Source: Kipferlia bialata (Eukaryota). From it: a DNA stretch of 36,500 bases. This document shows positions 24,054 through 35,649 of the stretch, one piece after another. Every line of letters begins with the position of its first letter. Position 1 is the first letter of the stretch. The stretch lies in contig BDIP01000046.1 in the NCBI GenBank assembly GCA_003568945.1, positions 1-36,500 of the forward strand. The letters are read 5' to 3'. The translations under genes were made by a program, and so were the position numbers. Under the pieces are notes generated by a model, which saw only the letters and a list, made by a program, of their open reading frames with translations, ran no database searches and was not told the DNA's origin.

Positions 24054-25794
24054 ATGAGAATTCTGTCGTTCGCAGACCTACATGGGGTCAAGACCGCTGC
24101 GCAGTGTCTAACCACTGTCTATGAGAGAGAGACTAGGGGTGGTCCTGTGGACTTGGTCGTAATTGGAGGAGACACGTCTGGAAGCAGGTAGGTGACACAC
24201 ATTCCAGTGACAGATGTCACAGAGATATAATTACTATTCACCCTCTAATACCAGGCTCCGATTCCCAACCCCAGAACTGTCAAACGCATACTTCGAGCGC
24301 ACTGCCCTTCGAGAGCTGCAGCAGCTCTCGGAACGAGTCCCGATTATGGTACTCTCTGGCAACACAGACTTCAGGTGAATAGACACGATCTAATTATAGT
24401 TCAATGCATTCATTCTATACACCACTGCAGTATGCTACTATGCACCACCCCTGATATTGTTAACTCTAGGGTTAATTTCGAGTACTGGGCGGCAACCTAT
24501 AACACTGAGACCCTTCGGTTTGTGTCCTGTGGTTTCTGGGACTTCCCAGAGCATGGGGTGTGTATCGGAGGTACAGTGGGTGTAGATATATGGGTGTGTG
24601 TGTGTGTATACCTCCAACTTACACCTAGGGTACGGCTTCAGCAACCCTTGCAACCACATTCTGAAGGACTACGAGCGTGTGTCTCTGGCCTGTGACACCG
24701 AGGTGCCCCCTGGGGTCAGGGCATGGGTGGCCAAGGGCGTGTCGCTGCACCCCCCAGAGGCAGAGCCCCTCACAGGAGGTGGGGTGTAGTTATTGGTGTG
24801 ATATGGTGTGATGTGTGGGATATATACATATTATGCATTATAATGTGATAAGTATGATGTGTGAATAGCAGCTCGGTTAGATTGATAGGCCCTATGCGTG
24901 TCTGTTGACCTCCCTCACCCTACTCCTTTACCTTGACCTTACCCCAGGCTCATGGGCACTGGGATCACCCGCTCCCAAGCGCCCAGTAGTGTGTGGAGTG
25001 AGGAGTCTGGACCGGGACAGTTGGGACACCTCTGACCGGCACCTGATCTGTCACCACCATGTCCCCTACCACTCGGACCGGTTCACCCTGGGCACTGCAT
25101 GCCACACTGTGTCCAGTGAGGAAGCGGTGGAGGGGCTTGTGAGGGAGGCTGGGCCAAAGGGCCTGTCCGTGTTGTTCAGCCACTGCCCCCCCTCCGACAC
25201 CAACGCCGCACAGACAAAGCTCCATGGGGGGGCAGGGTGCCCAGGCATCCGTCTCGCCCTGGAGAGGAATGCCGGAAGTGTCGGTCTTCTTGTCAGTGGA
25301 CACATACACGAGGCAGTGACTCAGACAGGGACATGCCTCGACTCAGTTGTGGGGACAGGAGATGGAGAGACGCGAGAGGTTGCCATTGCTAGTGTAGGCC
25401 ATGACCCCCACTACGTGGACATAGGTGGGTGTTAACTCCAGTATATGGTATCTGTGTGCATTGTTCTTGCTGCCTTGGGCTCTGACCCCCCTCACCCCCA
25501 GGGGATGGCACCACCAAGGGGTGGGAGTGTGTGGTGGAGGACCTCGAGGGCATCCCCAGCACCGACATGGACGGCCGGCCCCACCCGTCTGCCACGCAGA
25601 CCCTGTCCTACCTGGTCATCGACACCGATGCCATGGACACGGCACATGCCCAGGCATCTAAGGGGGAGGGCACCCTGGCTGATGCCGTGTCCCAGGGCCA
25701 GGGTGTGGTCAGACATGTCGTCAGGATCCCCGCCGACCCCCTCGTGCTAGAGGTCAGGGCGGAGTGGCTGGCAGGCAAGTTCAGCCAGCGCTGA
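24054..25794 (+). CDS. Calcineurin-like metallophosphoesterase (Icc-related, prokaryote-like), 6 exons
   Basis: Exons 24054-24187, 24255-24374, 24470-24570, 24629-24778, 24948-25424, 25502-25794. Motifs MRILSFADLHG, DLVVIGGD, GNTD, SHCPP and LLVSGHIHE. Confidence 0.9.
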
Positions 25795-26169
25795 GGGGTC
25801 TGGGGTTCTATATCGCCCTGTACTCTGTGTATCAGTATCCACTCGATATTGGGTGGTGGCCTCGGCATTCCCTCCTCCTCTTGCTCGTGTGACTGGCGGA
25901 CTGCTGATACTATTTCCACCATGTATTACCGTAAGTGATCGGTCAGTCCCACGATTGTGTATTTGTATAGTGTCAACCATAAATATGTCCTGCTCCATAC
26001 TGAACAGTCTGATAGGACGGAAAGATTACACATATAGTTCGAAGACTGCATATCTATACTTCCTCCCTCAGTGATGGACCAAAGAGCACTGTGCCAACCT
26101 CATACAATAACACTGCAATATAATAAGTCCTATCTCCACGCCATCACCTCGTTGCTCTTGCGTGATGCC

Positions 26170-26587
26170 TCACTCGCTGCTCTTGCGTGATGCCAGGTTG
26201 TCGATGAGGTCGTCCAGGGCCACCACACACCGGATCAGAGAGGAAGTGAAGCCGACTGCGGCCAGCTCGTCCATCTTGCCAACAATGGCCTCAGAGAGCT
26301 GGGGCCGGGGCACTGCCGTGGCCTGGTTGAGGACGGACTGGGCCAGGGAGACCACAGCGGGCAGGGGCTCCTCGTTGTCCTCTAGGTACTGGGCCACAAT
26401 GCCTATGCGGGTGGCCAGCAGCACCCCAAAGGCCTGCCTCCTGTCCAGCTCCACATCGAGTGCCGGGCGCTGGCCCTTCTTGGTCTCTGCCTTGAGCAGC
26501 TGCTCGATGCCAATGGCCTCCACCTCCACGGCCTCCACACACCCCGTCAGGGTCTCCATCCTAGGCACCCCAGATGCCTTGCTCAGC
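26170..26587 (-). CDS. Terminal exon of a helical protein, probably not in frame with the upstream CFAP47 exon
   Basis: Acceptor CTTACCTGTAG followed by about 139 open codons (LSKASGVPRMETL..DNLASRKSSE*) with coding-like GC3; needs a phase-2 donor. Confidence 0.65.
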
Positions 26588-26597
26588 CTACAGGTAA

Positions 26598-26636
26598 GGG
26601 GGGGGGGGGGGGGTGAGGGGGGGGGGGGGGGAAGAA

Positions 26637-26674
<38 letters not shown>
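26598..26674. repeat. Interrupted poly-G tract (about 77 nt), intronic
   Basis: Near-pure G run seen directly in the sequence. Confidence 0.95.
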
Positions 26675-26675
<1 letters not shown>

Positions 26676-26708
26676 TAATACCAAGGTGAGAGTATGCCCT
26701 ATACCCAC

Positions 26709-29700
26709 CTGACACTTGTATGTCCCTGGGTAGAGAGGCCTGAACCTCAGCCTGACGGTGCTGGCCTCACCTGCACGGAGCCTGAGGGTAAGGGTATTGA
26801 TATGGGCATCATCGGAATACTATATATCCATTATAATTGACACCTACCTGACGTTTGACGAGTTAGTGGCCTGTCCCAGGGCACTTGTGAAGTGGAAGGG
26901 CTCGTAGAAGACAGGGTCAGCGGGTAGGGCAGCCTCCAGCCGCTCCATCGACAGGGGCTTGCCATCCTTCTGACAGTTAGTGACATGTGACATATATGAC
27001 GTGACAAGCAAACATTACACGGGTAGAGCATGTGTACACCCCTCACCTGGACTGGCTTCGGCCCCCCTCTCTGCTTCTTGTCCTTGTTCTTGTCGGCCCG
27101 TTGTGCGTGTGCCTTGCCGGACCCAGCCCCCACTCTGGTCTGGTTGACTAGGGTCACCTCAAACCTACCAGCCTGGGTGGTGAGACGGGGAGAGAGAGTG
27201 GGCTACAGAGACATGGAAACACACCAAATATATGAGGTAATACCTGGGAGAAGTCGTTCTTGATGTTGACCGGGATGGTTGTGTTGGCGTATGTCTTTGT
27301 GACGCCGTGGGCTGACACGGGTGGCTCCTCCTGGCCAATCTCCAGCTTCAGGATGAAGACCACAGGGGCGCCGTGGTTGAGCTTGGGCAGGAACATAAGG
27401 AGAGCGGTCACCTGGGGGTCAGGGGGAGAGAAGGGATACTATACTAGGCTGATACTAGGGCACGTACCGTCTTGCTGAAGCATGGCCTGGCCGTGACTGT
27501 CACATTGGCAGCTTCCTTTGACCTCAGGGACACAGTGGCATCTGAGACAGAGAAGGGGCACATGGTCTGGAGGGCCCTGTCAGCTAGGACGATGTCACCC
27601 ACGTCGACAGACCCGTCCATAGCCTCATCAATCACATCCACACTGCCCTTGTACTGGATGGGTAGGCGGGTGGGGTTGGTCAGACGCAGAACCTGGGGGT
27701 GAGGGTGGGTGACGGGAAAGTAGCTGAGTGAGATTCTACGCGATGTACCTTGGACTGGCTGGTAGAAAGAGCCGTCTCAAAGGTCAGGACGTGCTGGGGT
27801 ACAAAGTGGGAGAGGTGCACAAAGAGAGAGAGAAGCAGGAGCACTCTGTCAGTTGGGGACAGGAGCCTGAGTCTGTCGCTAGCTAGGTGCAGGCCAAACC
27901 CAATCTCCTTGAAGGCCCAGACCACGCACTCCCAGACACTGGTGTTAGATACAGGGGGGGATACGGCTTCACGACGGTGATATACACGATGGAAAGAGCA
28001 CATACCGAGTCTGATTGTTGAGAGCTGCCACCTCACTGGGTCCCAGGTCCAGGACGTCCACATCAATGCCTAGAGGGGTCAGGGGTGGATACAACACAAC
28101 AGTAATGTATGTAGAATACTAGTCGTCTTACCGTCTGTGAGCGATGTGTCCAGCTGGAACTTCGCCTTGTCCCTGAGGTACTCGGCAAGCATCACACGCA
28201 CCCTGGGGGTTAGACAGGGTGTGCATGGTGTTGCAATAAGCAAAAATGAAATACACAAGAGTATAGCATGGCACCTGACGAGCGTGGGGCAGTGGGAGTA
28301 GACCAGCGCCATGATCTCTGGGCCTCCGACCTGGTCGAAGGACGTCACCTTGATGGCCCTGCCCTTCATGACCCTAGGGGGTGAGGCAGATGTACAGCCA
28401 GAGGGAGAGACATGGATATGATGCAGTGTGCATCCTATACACTATACACTATACACTATACACTATACCTAGGGACGTGGAAGTTGAGCCATGTCAGCAG
28501 CTGCTGCTCCTGTACCGATGACCTCAGGGAGGAAGAGGCAGGGGCAGCGGGGGACACGAGGGAGGCCTGCTTGCCAGAGACAGACTCGTCTCCGTCGATG
28601 TCGAGGACAGAGTCTTCCTCCTGGGGGTGAGGGGGGCACACACATATGTAGTATACTATACATGGAGAATCTGTCTGCCTAACCTGGACCCCGTTGGGAC
28701 TGCCCTCCCCCTCTGTCTCTGTGTACAGACAGGGAATGTCAATGTGTCGCTCCATATCCTGAGGGGGTGAGTGTCAAGCATGTCAGAGAATGCAACTTGG
28801 TAAATGTATCCCACACCCACCTCTATGGCCGCTGCCACTGCCTGGGGTGTGACCCTTGACAGTACCAGCACCCTGACCGTCTCTCTGATGACCAGGGTCC
28901 ATGCCGCAGTGTGGCCCATCTGCCACCATCCACCTACCACGCTAGACAGCACACCGGCAGCTGTCCCCGTGATGAGGGGTCCCACGTAGGTGGGTGCAGA
29001 GTGCCTGTCTGTCGAGGGGTAGATGTGGGTGTCGGCCTCCCTGCCGATACCACCCACAGTCAACTCAGTGAAGGATGCTTCACTCAGCAGCAGGGCAGGC
29101 ACAACGGTGTTGACCATGGCGCCACGCCTCTTCAGGTACCTAGCGGGTTAGGGTAGGTAGTTGATTAGTGTAACATATGGTTTAGGGAGGGATACACACC
29201 TTAGGAGACCATCGAACTGCTTCAAGTGGTGCTGCAGTACAGAAGGGGAGGAGGAGCCTGGGGTGGAGCTGTTGCTGGACACATAAGGAGGTGCCTTACG
29301 ATCAAGGCACCTGAGGTGAGGGACATGGAAATTGTAAAGATCAAAGATATTTTTACCCTCACTCACTTGAGTAGGTCGAACGCCAGTCTTCCGTCAAGGT
29401 GGGCATCAGTGAAACAGGCGGGGAAGTTGTCAGCAGATACCCTGGGGAACAGGAACTCAACTACGCGAGATAGGAACCGCTGAGAGGCCTTGGGGGTGCA
29501 GGGGTCGACTGCAACGGGGGGAGCGGGGGATAGTGGGGAGAGGGATGCGTTGGTGCCTAGTAGGATAGCCGCCTGGTACATCTGTCCCAGGGAGGAGAGG
29601 ACGGAGGAGACTGGGGCATACCCATCATAGAGGGCACAGGCAGCAGGGCCACACAGAAGGGCATTGCTCACCTGGCGTAAGGCGCGGGTTCTTATACATG

Positions 29701-31923
29701 GTGGTGATGTGGTATACATACATAGATAGTATATATACCTGAGGGCTGGGCTGTACCCTGCCCATGGGGTCAGAGGTGGCCTTACGGGCAGACTCTCCGT
29801 CGCCAAAGGCATCAGGGTCATCCACTGGGTCAGAGAGAGGGAGGGATATAAATATATATAGAGAGAGAGACAGAAAGTATATGTCGATAATATACCTGTG
29901 TAGAAGTCCCTGAGGAAGTGGGGGTTGTGCACAGCGTCAAGACTGGCCCCAAGTGCTATGGCAGCGGGGCTGAACTGAACCAGAACAGCAGTGGTGCCTG
30001 GGTGAGATCGGGGATAGTGTTACTAGGAGTGGATATGGACACGACTTCCTTACCTACAGACCTCGCGGCCAGCAGTCTCTTGTAGAGTGCAGAGTCCTCG
30101 TCTGGGTTCACAGTCTGGCTGATGAGGGCTGGGATGTAGCCAGGCTCGGCCTCGCCAGCTGAGGGGTCAGAGAGGGAAGCACTACAAACATGTACAATCA
30201 GTTATATACATACACTCACCCTCGACTGCCTTGAGTGCCAGCCTGGACGTTGGCTTGCCCCTAGTGGCCCCCCTACCCCCTCTGTTAGTGGGGGAGGAGG
30301 TGGCAACAGTCAGCCTGGGGGGTGAGGGGGTATGTACTCACACTACGCCGAACTCGATATCGATAACTATATATACATGTGGTACCTGTTCTTGTTGGCC
30401 CTGACGAATGCCTCAGTGCCTGTGAATGATGCATCAACTGTGCCAGACAGGTACAGAGGGTACTCGGTGCCCTAGAGGGTGAGGTTGGTGACTCTATGGC
30501 AATTCATTAACTTCCAAATTAATACAAATCTAAAAGGAGAGTGGCAGATGTATCAGCATATACACTGTACCCACCTCGTGGTCGATGACAGCCAGTTTGC
30601 ACTGGAAGGAGAGGGGCACGGCAGAGTAGAGGGTGATGACGACAGGGAGGGTCTCAACCACGGGGGAGAGGCCGTTGCCATAGGGCCACACGACAGAGAG
30701 GGGAACCTTGGAGACGTAGGGGGGGAGGCGCACACGCAGACTTCCCTCTGAGATTAGTAATATAGATATATCAAGTGAGGAGTAGTAAGTCAAGTAAGAG
30801 AAAGACGAGCCCATCGTGCCTGTGTATCCGAGGTTGTGGATGTTGATGACCACCCTGGAGGGGATGAGGGGGGGCACGACAGGCAGGATGACGTGTGTCC
30901 TGTCGAACACTATGCTCCTCCTGACCCCAACGCCAGTCAGAGCACACACCAGGGGCTCGTCTGATGACTTGACGTCTACACCCCTCTCGACCAAGGCAGC
31001 ACGTCTGATGGGGGGTGGGTTGGGGGAGGTGAGGACTGGCTCGAGGTCCCTGATGACACCAGAGTGGAAGAGGAGGAGGTATCCCCTGGCCAGACCGGTC
31101 TCCACAGGGGAGAAGTACACACGAAGACGCATAGTACAGTTGCCTCCTGGGGGTGAGACAGTATGATGTGACTACTAGCAGAGGTCATCTCACCTAGGGT
31201 GCCTCTCTTAGGCTCCACCCTCAGAGGGCTGTCCATCAGCCGTCCGTGACTGTCCACTACCAGAGCACACCACTGCCTCTCCTGAGGTGAGGGTGTGTGG
31301 ATAGTATGTAAAAAATGCATCACTGTTTAAGCACTATAGCCGTACCTGAGACACTGGGTTCTTGATGTCCAGCTCACTGTAGTACAGACCCCCGGTGGCA
31401 GGGGTCGTGATGGCAACAGGCCTGGAGGTGAGTTGTGATCTGTCAACACTATACACTTGACACAAATATGCGTATATACATGCATACCTTGGCCCGAACC
31501 GCACTGTCTGTGTGTCCAGACTGAGTCTGGCAGGAGACAAGGTGGCCACGGCACTGACCCTAGGGAGGAGGTCGGTGGGTACACCAGGCATACGCAGCAC
31601 ACACACATGCACCAAGTCTCCATCCTCAGCAGCAGAGTCCTGCATCCACCTTACAGTGACTGTGATGCCCTCGTTGGGGGGTATGACAGCACGTACTAGC
31701 TGCACCTTGGCGGCCTGGCCTGATTGGGACACAGACACAGAACCGTCCTTCAGCTCAATGCCATGCCTGGGGGTGAAGGGAGAGAGAGAGAGAGAGAAGA
31801 AGAAGAAGAAGGAGGAGAGACTCACTTTGTGCATATTGTCTCGAGCACCCTGTTAGGCCTGTCTCTCTCTGCCCTCTGCTCTACAGCTAGGTCACCCATG
31901 GTGGACAGGACACGGCCTGGGGT

Positions 31924-31961
<38 letters not shown>

Positions 31962-32005
31962 ATGGTGGACAGGACACGGCCTGGGGTGAGGAGAGAGAGA
32001 GGGGG

Positions 32006-32037
<32 letters not shown>

Positions 32038-35000
32038 AAGACGAAGGGTTACACACTACACAGGAGACCGCCTAGTACAGGAGATTAGAGACTGTCAACT
32101 CGGTAAACACCACTCCTCACGTACCCACCACGCCGCTGCCCCTTGTCATAGGCACTATGGTAGAGGGACTGCCCTCGACCTGGGGCAGCTTCCCTAGGGG
32201 GTCAGGGGGTATATACATGTAAATACATATATATACTATAGTGGGCACTGATACATGATAATCACCCGTACCTGCAGTGTGTCTGCTATCTCCCTGTGTC
32301 AATGCGTCACTGGGCCTCATAGACAGGGCAGCTCCCATCTGCCTCTCAGTCACGGGCTCCAGCACCACAGAGGATGCCCCCTCATCCTCATCGTCACTGT
32401 CCTCCTCCAGTCTGGTAGAGAGGTCTGTCCTGGCGCTGTGTCCATCGCTGTGTCTAGCAGTGTCCTTATCCCTAGCTGTGGCCTTGGCCCTAGAGGTAAG
32501 GGCACCAGCAAGGGCACCGGGACTGGGGTAAGCGGGGATAATAGAGGTCAAAACTACTTAAGAAGAGAATTAGTGAGGGATATAGAGTGTTACCTATCCT
32601 GCTCCTCCTCGGCAGAGGAGAACGTGTAACCACCCACACGATCTGTGACAATCTCTGCATCGAAGGCAGACACGTCGACATAGACCACGGCCTCCACAAC
32701 GCCAGTGTTCTGGAGACGTAGGGACCTGTCCATACCAAAGGCCCTAGGAGGGTGAGGAGGTGTGTGTGTGTGTGTGTGTTAGTACATCATACATACATAT
32801 ATATATATACATACATACCTAGGCAGGTCACCGTAGTCCAGCACGCATAGATCCCCTGCCACCCCCGCCCTGTCCTGGTCCTGCTCTGCTAGGGACATGC
32901 CCTTGGCAGAGGGGGGGCAGAGGGCAGACACAGTCAGAGTGGGGGTCTCGGCCTTGCCCGTCAGCTGCACAGTCAGGGCCTTGCCACCAGCAACCTGAGG
33001 GGGTGAGTGCATAGTGGGAACATGTGTTTGTTGTGTGTATGTGGTACCTGTATGCTGAGGGATGTCTCTAGCACCCTGGCATGGGTGGGTAGGAACACAA
33101 CCTGCACGGTGGAGGCAGCAGATCCAGCTATCCTGAAGGGTAAGTCGGAGAGAGAGAAAGGGAGAGAGAGAGAGAGAGAGAAGCTACGTACCTGCCCACC
33201 GGCTGTGCCACTATGATATTCCTGTCAGAGGAAGGGGCCACCTTGAAGAAACAGTCCGAGGGACCGGTGTTGCGGAGCTCAATGTGGCGTACCTACTGGT
33301 GAGTGTCAGCACAAATCAATATCTACACTAAGGCAAAGTGTTGCACACACACACACACATATAAATATATGTATATATATATATACTAAATATATACCCA
33401 CCTGGGGCACCCCCACTGGGCACTGTCCAAAGTCCACAGAGGAGTGTACAAGAGCAGCACTGCCTCTCTGCTGGAAGCCCCTGCGGTCAAAGAGGGGCGG
33501 TTAAGAGTGACTACGATATGCATATGTATATACACCCATACCTCAGCTCGAGTGTGAGGGGCACACCAGGGGGGTCCTCCTCCCCTGCACTGGGGTTGGA
33601 CACAGACACAGTGGCACGGGCGGTCTCGGTGAGGGCAGCGCCTGGGGGGGTGAGGGTGAGGGTACATACAGTCTTTTGACACATTATCAAGTAGGACTAT
33701 ATCCCTACACACTAGTCTAGTACCTGGTGTCCATGTAAATGTGACTGAGACAGAGGCCAGGGGGGGTACAATGCCCCTGGGGGGCTTGCATCCGAAGGTG
33801 ATGGGGGCGCACCCCTCCTCCTCCTGTAACACATTGCCATCAGAGTCAGTACGGGACACACCAATGTCATACGCCACAACGGTGTTGCGCCTGATGGGGT
33901 TAGATACAACATAAATGAGAGAATGGCTGTTACATGCATTCGACCTATATACCTGTTCTGCAGTATGATGCTCTGCTCAATGGCGCTGTCATACACATTG
34001 GCAGGGGTCACCTCGAAGGAGAGGGTCTGCCCTGCCATGTCACACACGAGCTCAGGGGCCTGGGGTGAGAGAGGGTACAGAGTGTAGGTCACATGCTACA
34101 GTGTGCCCTATATTACACGTACCTGCTCTGCGATGTCGCTGTCAGTCTCCCCCCCTGCCCCGGGTCTCCTCTTGCCCCTGGTTGCCTTGTGTCTGATGAG
34201 GGTGGGTGCTATGCCAGAGGACTCGTCCAGCCACACAAGCTGGGGGTCAGGGAGGGGATAGGGGGGAAGATGCACTATTGAATACACAAGTAATAATGTA
34301 AACACACCTCAGTCTCTGGTATGGGCAGGGCAGGCTCTGGAGGGATGAGTCCAGAGGCTGGCTCAATGCCAATGTCACAGTCCTGGGGGGTGAGTGGGGT
34401 ATATACCAAGGCAACACATCATTACAGTATGTGTAACACTCTACACGATGTACACCCTATCCATACCTGCAGCTGTGGGAGTGGGTCTGCGTGTCTCTGT
34501 CTGATGAGGCCTGTCCTGGACAGACTGGAGGCATAGGAGGTGGAGGTGGGCTTCCCAGTGTCCATACTGCGCTTGGCACGGGTCTGCTCCCTATTCAGTC
34601 AGAAACATACATATCAAAGAAGAGGTAACAACAGCATCTGCTATGGATATCGGAAGAATGCTAGAGAAGAGAGAGAGAGAGAGAGGATATGTGCACCTGA
34701 TGACCCTCATTGTGGCCAGTCTCTGTGTCTGCATGGGTAGGTCCTCCTTGGTAGTGACAGCACGACCAGTCAGCAGAACGGCAAGGGTCTGGGTAAGTAA
34801 TCAGAGGGAGACACGTGGTATAACAATAGAATACCTTTCCAACCCTACTGATTCTATAGCCGCTGCCTCTTACTTAAACACATCACTGCAGAGTGACCCC
34901 ACCTGCAGTGCCTCCACGTCCTCGATGTCTGTGTCTGATGAGGGTAGGTGGCCATGCACAGCCAGGGTCAGGTTGGCACGGAACTCACCAAGGTTCCTGG

Positions 35001-35610
35001 AGGGTGAGGAGGCAAATACCCAAACTACACGATACTTACCCAACACAACGCGATTCCTCCCTATACCTGGGTCTGAATGACACTGAGAGCATCCTCATCT
35101 CCTTGGGAGCCAGCTTGAACAGCCTGGGTGCCTCAACATGGTATGCATTGGGGGTGGTGAGGGACAGCCAGCAGGGGTCATAGCCTGGAGTGAGGGAGGG
35201 AGAGAGAAAAGAGATTAGGAAGGTGGTGGACACTATACACACATGTTCAGTCACCCACCCTCATTAGTGACAGAGAACGCCTTGGTCTGCCTCTCTCCCA
35301 CAAGGGAGGAGCCAAAGGATACCCTGGGGGTGAGGGTTATACAATACACAGGAGTTTAATGATGAGGACCCATGTATACACGCAAATACACAACCACTGA
35401 CCTTCTGGCCGACAGTGCGAGGGACGGCCTGTATGCCGCGGCTGTCACTGGGACCTGTAGCACCAATGGCTCCTCCGAGTCCTGGTCTCTCTCTCTCTGC
35501 ATCCCACTGACCCCTCTCCCCCTCATCACCTGCCCGGTCAGGATGGCCACATAGCGGAAGGTGAGGTCGAGCACCTTGGGGTGGTGCAGCCTGGGGGTTA
35601 GGGAGAATAT

Positions 35611-35649
<39 letters not shown>

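Noticed and set aside
26771..26781. Apparent 11-nt micro-exon GCTCCGTGCAG|GTGAG
   Set aside because: Reading through gives a sensible CFAP47-like peptide (AGEASTVRLRFRPL) up to the donor at 26709.
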